From the NCBI GenBank assembly GCA_016839365.1, contig JAEOUH010000033.1:1-57052 (forward strand): a stretch of 57,052 nucleotides of DNA, read 5' to 3'. Origin of the DNA: Candidatus Hermodarchaeota archaeon. Lineage in GTDB: Archaea > Asgardarchaeota > Hermodarchaeia > Hermodarchaeales > Hermodarchaeaceae. Made by a program: the position numbers and the translations under genes. How positions within the stretch are numbered: the stretch's first letter is position 1; the number at the start of each line of letters is the position of its first letter. Below are positions 30,346 to 39,195 of the stretch, piece by piece. The notes below the pieces were generated by a model. The model made no database searches and had not been told where the DNA came from. It worked only from the letters and a program-made list of their open reading frames with translations.

Positions 30346-33300
30346 TCAAATCCGCATGATCAACATAAATGACACAAGCAGGGCATAAATGGCGAGCGCT
30401 TCTGCCAGCACCACAGGTACCATTGACTTACTAAAGATTCCTGGCTTCTTCGCAATCGCGCCAATCAACCCCGCTCCAGCCCAACCAATCGCAATACCAG
30501 CCATCAATGCCCCTAACCCGACCGTTGCCGCAGCCGCCACTCCCACAAACGCCCCGATATCCGTAATCGCATCCAACCGCATTACCAACATAAACGCTGT
30601 CAACAAACCATAGATGCCTAACGCTTCGGCTAACACTACGGCGACCAAGCCTTTACTAAAAGACTCCGGCGATGACCGGATTCCCGTGCACAACGCCTCA
30701 CCCGAATACCCGATACCCAAGCCGCCTCCAATACCTGCGACCCCAATCGCCAATCCAGCACCAATGGCCAGCCACCCCTGGGCTGCAAAAGTGGCTGAAT
30801 CAATACGCATCACCACCATGAAGCCGACCAATAATCCGTAAATCCCCAACGCTTCGGCAAGGACAACGGCAACAAGCCCTTTACTGAAGGCACTCGACTC
30901 CACGGATATAGTCCGAGCCAATGCAGCGCCGGCATGGGCAATACCAAAACCGGCCCCAAAACAGGCAAAGCCTACTGCCAAAGCTGTACCTAATGCCATT
31001 AGACCTTGGGTGAGAAGTGTTACCGCATCAATCCGCATTATCAACATGAAACTCATTAACAAGCCATAAATCCCAAGCGCCTCCGCCAAGACCACACTGA
31101 CCAAGCCCTTGGAAAATACCTCAGGAGCCGTGACTAGGCTCACGCAGAGTGCAGCACCAGCTAAAGCAATGCCAATACCGCCTCCGATGGCCGCAAGTCC
31201 GATTGCTGCCCCAGCACCGATTCCGACCAATCCCTGCCCGATAGCCGTTACAGATTCCATCCTCATAAGCAGCATAAAACTTGATAGCAGTCCATAGATT
31301 CCAAGGGCCTCCGCCAACACAACAGCAACCAAACCTTTGCTGAAAATCTCTGGACGATGGACTAAGCCTTCCGATAAAGAGGAGCCACTTTTCGCGATAC
31401 CTATACCTGCACCGATAGCAGCTAAGCCGATGCTCAAAGCTGCACCAGCAGCGAGAAATCCCGGTGTGATATCGGTGACTGTGTCAATACGCATCAAGAG
31501 CATAAAACTAGCCAATAATCCGTAAATCCCGAGGGCTTCGGCTAGCACGACACTGACAAGCCCTTTACTGAAGACCTCAGGACGTGCAGCAAGGCTTCGT
31601 GATAAAGCCGCCCCAGCAAGGGCAATACCGAATCCAGCCCCAATAGCTGCCAACCCAATGGCTAGACCAGCAGATATGGCTACAATACTCTGACCAATCT
31701 GAGTCACGGAGTCGATTCGCATCAGTAACATGAAGCTTGTGAGTAATCCATAGATGCCCAACGCTTCCGCTAAAACAACACTCACCAAACCTTTACTAAA
31801 CGATTCGGGAGCGTATACGATAGTTCGTGACATGCTGGCCCCTGCACGAGCGATGCCAATACCGGCACCAAAAGCGGCAAAACCGATTGCCATACCCGCG
31901 CCAATACCAACAAGACCCTGCGCAATTCCAACTGGGTCGACACTGATCGTGTCGATTCGCATCAAAAGCATGAAACCAGCAAGCAACCCATAGATTGCTA
32001 ATGCTTCAGCAAGGACCACTCCTATGAGCCCCTTGCTGAAGATTTCTGGACGTTCAGCCAGGCTTTCTGAAAGGGCACTTCCAGCAGCAGCAATACCAAT
32101 CCCTGCACCTATACCTGCTACGCCTACAGCGACCGCCGCAGCCAAACCCATGAAGCCTTGTCCTAAGCCAGTAATTGTATCAATCCGCATAAGCAGCATA
32201 AAACTAGCCAAGAGCCCATAGATTCCGAGGGCCTCCGCCAACACGACACTGACAAGTCCCTTGCTGAAAGCTTCAGGTGCAACAACCAAAGTCCGATTTA
32301 TTGCCGAACCCGCTTGTGCGATACCATATCCTGCACCGATTGCGGCAAGTCCTATCGCTAATGCTGCCGCTAACCCCACCATGCCCTGACCAATTATGGT
32401 AACTGTTTCGATGCGCATCAGCAACATGAAACTCGCGAGCAGCCCATAGATACCAAGCGCTTCAGCTAACACGACACTGACAAGCCCTTTACTGAAGACC
32501 TCAGGTCGATCAACAAGACTGCGTGATAAGGACGCGCCTGCAGCAGCAATACCGATACCAGCACCAAATGCAGCTAATCCCACGCCCAGGGCCGCAGCAA
32601 CGGCAATCAACCCTTGGGCATCGACAGCGACAGTATCAATCCGCATCAGGAGCATGAAACTTGCCAAGAGCCCATAGATGCCCAACGCTTCCGCTAAAAC
32701 AACACTCACCAAACCTTTACTAAACGATTCAGGAGCTTCCACCAGAGCCTTACTCAGTGCGCCACCGGCAGCCGCGATGCCGATACCTGCACCTAGACCT
32801 GCAATACCCACGGCAAGTCCTGCACCAATCCCCACGAGCCCCTGAGTAACAAGGGTTGATGTTTCAATGCGCATCAGCAACATGAAACTCGCGAGCAGCC
32901 CATAGATACCAAGCGCTTCAGCTAACACGACACTGACAAGCCCTTTACTGAAGACCTCTGGTCGCTTCGTTAGGCTCTCAGACAAAGAGGCTCCACTCTT
33001 TGCAATACCAATACCTGCGCCTAAGGCGGCTAGACCTACTCCTAATGCAGCTGCAATCGCTATTAATCCTTGACCAAGAAATGTCACGGATTCGATACGC
33101 ATCAAAAGCATGAAACTAGCCAGAAGCCCGTAAATTCCCAAAGCTTCGGCTAACACGACGCCGACAAGTCCCTTACTAAAGGATTCAGGGGCAATAACCA
33201 GGGCCTTATTGAGCGCAGCGCCAGTTTGGGAGATGCCAATTCCAGCACCTAGTGCAGCGAGGCCAATCCCGAGTCCAGCCGCAATTGCTACCAATCCCTG

Positions 33301-33786
33301 CCCAATGTTAGTGGCGGACTCGATACGCATCAGGAGCATAAAACTGGTCAATAACCCATAGATCGCTAAAGCCTCTGCGAGCACCACGGACACTAGTGCT
33401 TTGCTAAAGGTTTGGGGTGCAGCTGCGGTACTGGTTGCCATGGCGCTTCCTGCTTTCGCTATGCCGATGCCAGCACCTATGCAGGAGAGGCCAATTGCTA
33501 GTCCTGCACCGAGGGCAACCAGTCCTTGTGCCTCATTGGTGATGGCGCCTATCCGCATCAGGAGCATGAAACTTGCGAGCAGACCATAGATCGCTAATGC
33601 TTCCGCGAGAACAACGGTGATCATGCTCTTGCTGAAGGATTCGGGTTTCTCGGCGACGGCACTCACCATGGCGCTTCCGCTGAATCCGATGCCAATTGCG
33701 GCGCCAGCTGCTCCAAGCCCTGCCGCAAGCACAGCACCGAATGCTGTGAAGACTTGTCCAATGTTAAGGAGGACTGCTTGAAGCAT
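30346..33786 (-). CDS. atpK: A/V-type ATP synthase proteolipid subunit K/c with 15 fused hairpin domains
   Basis: 15 tandem ~76-aa units, each GxGxGI helix - (A/R/K)PExFSK loop - VVLAEALxIY helix; lies 15 nt downstream of subunit I. Confidence 0.96.
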   Translation of the reverse strand: MLQAVLLNIGQVFTAFGAVLAAGLGAAGAAIGIGFSGSAMVSAVAEKPESFSKSMITVVLAEALAIYGLLASFMLLMRIGAITNEAQGLVALGAGLAIGLSCIGAGIGIAKAGSAMATSTAAAPQTFSKALVSVVLAEALAIYGLLTSFMLLMRIESATNIGQGLVAIAAGLGIGLAALGAGIGISQTGAALNKALVIAPESFSKGLVGVVLAEALGIYGLLASFMLLMRIESVTFLGQGLIAIAAALGVGLAALGAGIGIAKSGASLSESLTKRPEVFSKGLVSVVLAEALGIYGLLASFMLLMRIETSTLVTQGLVGIGAGLAVGIAGLGAGIGIAAAGGALSKALVEAPESFSKGLVSVVLAEALGIYGLLASFMLLMRIDTVAVDAQGLIAVAAALGVGLAAFGAGIGIAAAGASLSRSLVDRPEVFSKGLVSVVLAEALGIYGLLASFMLLMRIETVTIIGQGMVGLAAALAIGLAAIGAGYGIAQAGSAINRTLVVAPEAFSKGLVSVVLAEALGIYGLLASFMLLMRIDTITGLGQGFMGLAAAVAVGVAGIGAGIGIAAAGSALSESLAERPEIFSKGLIGVVLAEALAIYGLLAGFMLLMRIDTISVDPVGIAQGLVGIGAGMAIGFAAFGAGIGIARAGASMSRTIVYAPESFSKGLVSVVLAEALGIYGLLTSFMLLMRIDSVTQIGQSIVAISAGLAIGLAAIGAGFGIALAGAALSRSLAARPEVFSKGLVSVVLAEALGIYGLLASFMLLMRIDTVTDITPGFLAAGAALSIGLAAIGAGIGIAKSGSSLSEGLVHRPEIFSKGLVAVVLAEALGIYGLLSSFMLLMRMESVTAIGQGLVGIGAGAAIGLAAIGGGIGIALAGAALCVSLVTAPEVFSKGLVSVVLAEALGIYGLLMSFMLIMRIDAVTLLTQGLMALGTALAVGFACFGAGFGIAHAGAALARTISVESSAFSKGLVAVVLAEALGIYGLLVGFMVVMRIDSATFAAQGWLAIGAGLAIGVAGIGGGLGIGYSGEALCTGIRSSPESFSKGLVAVVLAEALGIYGLLTAFMLVMRLDAITDIGAFVGVAAAATVGLGALMAGIAIGWAGAGLIGAIAKKPGIFSKSMVPVVLAEALAIYALLVSFMLIMRI
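31748..32730. repeat. Identical 59-bp direct repeat pair within atpK (31748-31806 and 32672-32730; hairpins 9 and 5)
   Basis: CCATAGATGCCCAACGCTTCCGCTAAAACAACACTCACCAAACCTTTACTAAACGATTC occurs twice; spacing 924 = 4x228+12. Confidence 0.9.
32411..32958. repeat. Identical 92-bp direct repeat pair within atpK (32411-32502 and 32867-32958; hairpins 6 and 4)
   Basis: ATGCGCATCAGCAACATGAAACTCGCGAGC...CCCTTTACTGAAGACCTC occurs twice; spacing 456 = 2x228. Confidence 0.9.
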
Positions 33787-33801
33787 TTTTGGTCACAGTG
33801 G

Positions 33802-35745
33802 TTATGTGGATGTGATGATCCAGTTTTCCCGAAACCGGAGTGGTTGATAGTCATAACCGGTGCCGGCATAGAATTTCAAGAACGCTTCCACCCAGTGGAG
33901 ACGTAGGGTGTGAATGAATGAGAGCAACCCCTCCATGAGGAGGACGAAGACGGTGCCAAGGATGAGCATGGCGACGAACATGACCAATGTCATGATGCCC
34001 CCTGTAGAGAGTTGGTAGATGATTGTATTGATTTCTGCTGCCACGATGCCGCCAAGGAAGAGGAAGGTTTTAGCGAAGCCGGCGTGGGCCATGTTGAGGG
34101 CGAGAATCCGGGAGTAGCTGATGGTGTTACTGATGCTTTCAATGAGGTGTTCAAGGCCTTCCATGAAGCCGTCCATGAAGCCGAAGAAAACCATCCCACC
34201 TACGAACATTATGATGGCGGGTAAGATGAGGAATAAGACCATTTCCACGATTGGCCACATCATGAAATTGATGCCAAATTGGAAGATCATGTAGGCAAGG
34301 CCCCAAAGGAAGAAGAGCCAGATGATAGGGCCGAAAATGGCGTGCTTCAAATCACGGTGTCGAAGTTTGTTGATGGCGGAGAAGCCGATGGCGATGCTGA
34401 GGTGAATAAATCCAATCATGATACTCAGGACGAATAATATCCATGTGGGGCTGGCGACAGTGGCGGGTAGGTGCTCTGGCATTTCAAACGCACTGAACCA
34501 GATGGGGGTGGTATGACCGTGTGCAGGGTCGAGAATCCAGGCATTATAGGGGCTGAGTGGATCGAGGAACCAATTGACGCCTCCATCGAAGTCAAAGAAC
34601 TGGAAAAGGGCGAGCAGACCGTTTTTCATGCCTTCACCAAAGGGCGAGTACTTTAGCGCTTGATACACATAAACCCCGTTGAGTTGTAGTCCCGTGATGT
34701 CAATCCCCATGAACTCGCCGTATAAGACACCAAAAAAGATCGATGCTAAGGCGATAACCATAATCATCCCAGAACCCTGAATGAAGTAATTAACCATCTC
34801 ACCCGCGTCGACCTTACGGCGTTTCGCAATGAAACCGAGGGATGCAAACAGGAAGAGTAAAATCCCGTGACCAATGTCGCCGAACATGAGCCCAAATATG
34901 ATTGGGAAGCCGAGGGCCATGAACCAAACGGGATCGATTTCGGTGTGGTTCGGGAACCCAAAGGCGTTGGTGAGGTTTTGGAAGGAGCGGAGCCAGCTGG
35001 GGTTGGTCTGTTTGGTGGGTGGAGCAGTGGATTCTTCGGGTTCAATAGCGCCCTCGAGTGGTCCGGTGTCGCCTGGGTAATGACCGTGCTCGGGTTTATC
35101 GGTGTGTTCGAGAATGGTAAGGGCTATGCTTAGAGCCTTTTGTTCTTCAATCGTTTTAGTGAATTTCTTAACCTTGTTGGTTGGAATCCAGCCATACATG
35201 ATGTAGGTTCGTTTGGTTTTGCCAAAGAGCGTCTTGGTTTCTTCGAGTTTGTGTTCGCGTAGAACGAGTTCTTCCGACCCTAAAAGATCGAAACGATGTT
35301 CCTCACCGAAGGCTTTGATTTCCTTTTTTACTGCCTTTGCTGCTTTTTTATCCTCTTTGGCTTCTGCAGTTGTAAGTCTTTGAGTAAGGTCGTTATAATC
35401 ATCTTCGATGGCTTTGAGGGTTATTTCCATTTTTTGGAAATGAGTCTCATCGGGAATAGCAGGAACTTCTAATGGATCTTTGACTTTGCCTCCGCGATTA
35501 ATGTTCATTTCAGCGATGAGACTTGTAATACGTGATTGAAGATTGGAGAGGTAGTAATACCGTTCGGAAGCTTCGACAGGGGTAAGAGATTTGAGATGCT
35601 TCTTTTGGCTTTCCTTCACATCTGCGAAATGGACAACCCCAGTACTTGCAATGAAGCGTAGTGCTGCATCCATTTCGGTGTCAATGACAACAGCCGTAAG
35701 GCAACTCATTTTCGCTGGTAACATCGGAGCCAATTGAAACACCAT
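33802..35745 (-). CDS. atpI: A/V-type ATP synthase subunit I (a)
   Basis: PPT...EIDP, FGLMFGDIGHG, SNTISYSRILAL (essential Arg), HTLRLHWVEAFLKFY.G.G. Confidence 0.95.
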   Translation of the reverse strand: MVFQLAPMLPAKMSCLTAVVIDTEMDAALRFIASTGVVHFADVKESQKKHLKSLTPVEASERYYYLSNLQSRITSLIAEMNINRGGKVKDPLEVPAIPDETHFQKMEITLKAIEDDYNDLTQRLTTAEAKEDKKAAKAVKKEIKAFGEEHRFDLLGSEELVLREHKLEETKTLFGKTKRTYIMYGWIPTNKVKKFTKTIEEQKALSIALTILEHTDKPEHGHYPGDTGPLEGAIEPEESTAPPTKQTNPSWLRSFQNLTNAFGFPNHTEIDPVWFMALGFPIIFGLMFGDIGHGILLFLFASLGFIAKRRKVDAGEMVNYFIQGSGMIMVIALASIFFGVLYGEFMGIDITGLQLNGVYVYQALKYSPFGEGMKNGLLALFQFFDFDGGVNWFLDPLSPYNAWILDPAHGHTTPIWFSAFEMPEHLPATVASPTWILFVLSIMIGFIHLSIAIGFSAINKLRHRDLKHAIFGPIIWLFFLWGLAYMIFQFGINFMMWPIVEMVLFLILPAIIMFVGGMVFFGFMDGFMEGLEHLIESISNTISYSRILALNMAHAGFAKTFLFLGGIVAAEINTIIYQLSTGGIMTLVMFVAMLILGTVFVLLMEGLLSFIHTLRLHWVEAFLKFYAGTGYDYQPLRFRENWIITST

Positions 35746-36002
35746 TAGCGTGATTTTTTGGGGGAACGGAGATACTCCAGTATCAGTGTGGGTAAAAAAG
35801 GCTTCCTCTAGTTTGGGCTCTGGTTAATTGCCAACCCATAACATTTATTACACGTCACGGATGCTGTCTGTGTTGGTGAATATCCATGGGGTATTTAGTT
35901 TGCTTCCATTAGCCCCTCGGTGACGCCAAGTTCCATCTCTTTTTCTAACATGATTACATCGAAAGTAATGATTAGGCTTAAGGCTAGAATAGGGAAGAGT
36001 AA

Positions 36003-37505
36003 GTGGAGGTGGATTTGGTGACACCGAGAGAGAAACGTCGAATATCCGCCAAACTTCGAATTTATAATTCGTTAACACGGAGCAAAGAGCCCTTTGTGCC
36101 ACTCGAGTCCAGAAAAGCGCGTATGTATACATGCGGGTTGACGGTGAATTATCTGATGCACGTGGGGCATGCCCGTACATATTTGGTCTGGGATGTGGTT
36201 GAAAGGTTCCTTGAATATCTGGGATACGAGGTCAGGCACGTCTCTAACATCACCGATATCAGTGTGGATGATAACATCTTGAAGAGGGTGCGTGAAAGTG
36301 GTGAGGCGTTTCAACAGTTGACGACCCGCCATACTAGAGACTACTATCGGGATCGCCAATTGCTGGGGATTCGTGACTCGTATACCTATGCAGTGGCGAC
36401 CCAGCATATTCAGGAGATGATTGAGCTGGTGCAGCAACTCATCGACCGGGGAGTGGCCTATGAAGCTGAGGATGGCGTCTACTTTCGAATAAGTGCTTTT
36501 CCACGATATGGTCGACTGGCTGGTATTGATCTTAGTACATTACAAGCGGGAGCCGGTGGCCGAGTGGACAAAGACGAATACGATAAACAGCATGTTGGGG
36601 ACTTTGTGCTCTGGAAAAAAGCTAAGCCTGGCGAACCATTTTGGCAGAGCCCTTGGGGACCCGGACGTCCCGGTTGGCACATTGAATGCAGCGCTATGTC
36701 CATGAAATACCTTGGAGAAACCATCGACATCTCAGGTGGCGGTGAGGATAACCTCTTTCCCCACCACGAGAATTCCATTGCCCAAGCCGAAGCAGCCACA
36801 GGGAAACCGTATGTTCGCTATTGGATGCATGTCCGTCACCTTAAGTTGGGTACTGAAAAAATGTCCAAGTCCACTGGGAACTTTCTCACTATTCGGGATG
36901 CCATCGACCAGTTCGATGCCCCCACCTTACGGTTGTTCCTCCTGTCCACCCATTACCGTAAACCTATCACCTTTGCGACTGACTCTCTACAACGAGCTCA
37001 ACTGCAGGTTATCCGGCTACGTCAGCTGCTCAGTCGGCTTACAGCCATCATAGCACATTCGACCAATGTTGCCGAAAATCAGTCCAAAGAAGACATGTTA
37101 ATGGAGAAAGCAAGGTCCCAGTTTGAACAGGGCTTATTGGACGATTTCAATACTGGACGCATGGTGAGCCAGCTGTTTCAAGTTGTCAACCATCTACAAA
37201 GGAGATTAGAAGCACAAGATGGATTGGATCCCGCACAAGCCCAGGTATGGCTTAAGTTCTTCGAAGATGTGGGTACAATTTTGTTTGGTGACCTCTACGT
37301 TTCTGAAGTCTTACCACAGATTGACCCAGTTGTTGTTTCACTTGTTGAGTTGTTGCTTAGTACTCGGGAACGGTTGCGGGAAGAAAAACGTTATGAAGAG
37401 GCAGATAAGATTCGTAGAGAGCTTGAACGAGCTGGATTCGAAATTACGGATACAAAGACAGGCACTAGCTGGTGGACTAAGTCTCTAAAGCGCGAAGAAA
37501 AATAG
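36003..37505 (+). CDS. cysS: Cysteine--tRNA ligase
   Basis: MYTCG, HVGHAR, DFVLWK, GRPGWHIECSAMS, FPHHENSIAQ, KMSKSTGN, ADKIRRELE..GFEITD. Confidence 0.96.
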   Translation: MEVDLVTPREKRRISAKLRIYNSLTRSKEPFVPLESRKARMYTCGLTVNYLMHVGHARTYLVWDVVERFLEYLGYEVRHVSNITDISVDDNILKRVRESGEAFQQLTTRHTRDYYRDRQLLGIRDSYTYAVATQHIQEMIELVQQLIDRGVAYEAEDGVYFRISAFPRYGRLAGIDLSTLQAGAGGRVDKDEYDKQHVGDFVLWKKAKPGEPFWQSPWGPGRPGWHIECSAMSMKYLGETIDISGGGEDNLFPHHENSIAQAEAATGKPYVRYWMHVRHLKLGTEKMSKSTGNFLTIRDAIDQFDAPTLRLFLLSTHYRKPITFATDSLQRAQLQVIRLRQLLSRLTAIIAHSTNVAENQSKEDMLMEKARSQFEQGLLDDFNTGRMVSQLFQVVNHLQRRLEAQDGLDPAQAQVWLKFFEDVGTILFGDLYVSEVLPQIDPVVVSLVELLLSTRERLREEKRYEEADKIRRELERAGFEITDTKTGTSWWTKSLKREEK

Positions 37506-37541
37506 GAAGCGCCCAAAAGAAATACGGGCGCTGGGGTGTAA

Positions 37542-39179
37542 TCAGGGAACAGGAAATAGTGGTCCTAAGGCCCCATATGCAGCTTGTGTAGCGAAGTCGA
37601 GGAATAAGCCGGGGAAGAGACCAAGAATGATGATGAAGAGCATGAGGACGCCAATGACGAAGAGTAGTGACCAGTGTGGGCGTTTCGCGGTGGCAGCTTC
37701 AGGACTGGGTTCGGCGAACATCAGAATTTGGATCATTCGGAGGTAATAGACAACGCTGAAGGCGCTCATCAGGACCATGATGATTGTTGCTAGATAGGTT
37801 TGGGCGACGATGGAGCCCCAGATGATGTAGAACTTACTGTAAAATCCGACCAGGGGGGGGACACCAGCGAGGGAGAGAGCAGCGATGGTGAAACAGAACA
37901 TCACAAAGGGCATTCGGCGACCCACACCTTGGAGTTTGTCAAAGTCTCGAGTGCCCATTTGGTGTAAGAAGATGCCGGCGATCAAGAAGAGCATCCCCTT
38001 GGCCAGCATATGGGCGAAAATGTGGGCTAAGCTTCCAGTCACTGAATAGAGTAGAGCGTTTTCAATGGTGGTCGAAGTGGGAAGCCAGAGAGCAAGGGGC
38101 ATCATGGCAATGCTAAACCCGAAGATAATGAAGCCAACATTGACGATGGTGGAGTACGCCAACAACCGTTTCAGGTCTTTTTGTGTCAGGGCCATTAGGT
38201 TTCCATAAATCATAGTGAAGAGAGCGAACCAACTTAGGACAGCGCCGAAGTAGGTGAATGTGTAGGGGTCGAAGAAGAGGACGAGGAGGCGGATGAGGGC
38301 ATAGGCGCCAGTCATGATGACGACACCACTAAGCATGGCGCTGATGCCACTGGGAGCAGCGGGATGGGCGTCGGGAAGCCATGTGGAGAGTGGTGCGATG
38401 GCAGCTTTGACACCAAAGCCGATAACAATGCCGACAATAGTGAAGATGAGCAGACCATAAATCCCCGCTGTTGCTGGTGGTGAACTTGCTAGCAGGGCGT
38501 TGATGGCGGCTCCGATTTCGTAAAGGTTGAGTGTGCCGGTCAGTCCGTAGAGAATAGACATGGTGAATAGGATTAGGGTTGACCCAACGGCGCTGAGGAG
38601 CAAGTATTTGATACCCGCTTCAAGAGGTTCATCTTCATCGCGGCGGAAGGCAACCAAGACATAGCTGCTGATGGACATGGTTTCCCAGAGGATGAACAAG
38701 GTGAAGAAGTCCCCAGCAAACACGACACCAATCATTCCACCAATGAGTGTCAGTAAAAGTGCATAATACAGGGGAATCCGGGTATCGTGCTCCATGTACT
38801 TGATGGAGTAAAGGGATACGAAGAATGCCAGGAAGAGGAAGATGACTGCCATGTAGACTGAGAGGATGTCGATACGGAAGAAGGTGGCACCTGTTGCGGC
38901 GTCAAAAGCACCTGGGGGCCAATACCAGATATCGATTGGTGTCCAGCTATTATGGAAAAGTTGCCAATACAGACCATAAGTTGATCCCCAAGGTGTCACA
39001 ATTTGGAAAGGCCACAATACCATAACCAGGCTCAAGATGAAGAAAACCGCTGCTAGAATGCCAAGTATTGTCTTTCGTCGATCTTGCCAGAATCGCCCTA
39101 GCAAGGCAATGATGAGTGCTCCGATGAAAGGGAGCCAGAGAGGTGTGAGTTGAATCCATTCTAAAGGTCCGATTGCCAT
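37542..39179 (-). CDS. Antiporter-like proton-pumping subunit (NuoN/MrpD/MbhH-like)
   Basis: FILWETMSISSY, EAGIKY, GFGVKAAIAPLSTWLPDAHPAAPS, DLKRLLAYSTI, LAGVPPLVGFYSKF. Confidence 0.9.
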   Translation of the reverse strand: MAIGPLEWIQLTPLWLPFIGALIIALLGRFWQDRRKTILGILAAVFFILSLVMVLWPFQIVTPWGSTYGLYWQLFHNSWTPIDIWYWPPGAFDAATGATFFRIDILSVYMAVIFLFLAFFVSLYSIKYMEHDTRIPLYYALLLTLIGGMIGVVFAGDFFTLFILWETMSISSYVLVAFRRDEDEPLEAGIKYLLLSAVGSTLILFTMSILYGLTGTLNLYEIGAAINALLASSPPATAGIYGLLIFTIVGIVIGFGVKAAIAPLSTWLPDAHPAAPSGISAMLSGVVIMTGAYALIRLLVLFFDPYTFTYFGAVLSWFALFTMIYGNLMALTQKDLKRLLAYSTIVNVGFIIFGFSIAMMPLALWLPTSTTIENALLYSVTGSLAHIFAHMLAKGMLFLIAGIFLHQMGTRDFDKLQGVGRRMPFVMFCFTIAALSLAGVPPLVGFYSKFYIIWGSIVAQTYLATIIMVLMSAFSVVYYLRMIQILMFAEPSPEAATAKRPHWSLLFVIGVLMLFIIILGLFPGLFLDFATQAAYGALGPLFPVP

Positions 39180-39195
39180 CTTTTTTCAGCCTCCA

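Noticed and set aside
30389-33589. Series of short Ala/Pro/Ile-rich plus-strand ORFs
   Set aside because: Antisense shadows of the Gly/Ala-rich atpK repeats.
30346-33786. The 15-fold repeat as a pure assembly artefact or a CRISPR-like array
   Set aside because: Units are in frame, each distinct in protein and DNA (the longest identity I found is 92 bp, shorter than one 228-bp unit) and have no spacer structure. Long-read confirmation is still advisable.
35746-36002. Possible missing ATP synthase subunit or ncRNA upstream of atpI
   Set aside because: Only very short or shadow ORFs, with no coiled-coil or subunit F character and no convincing RNA structure.
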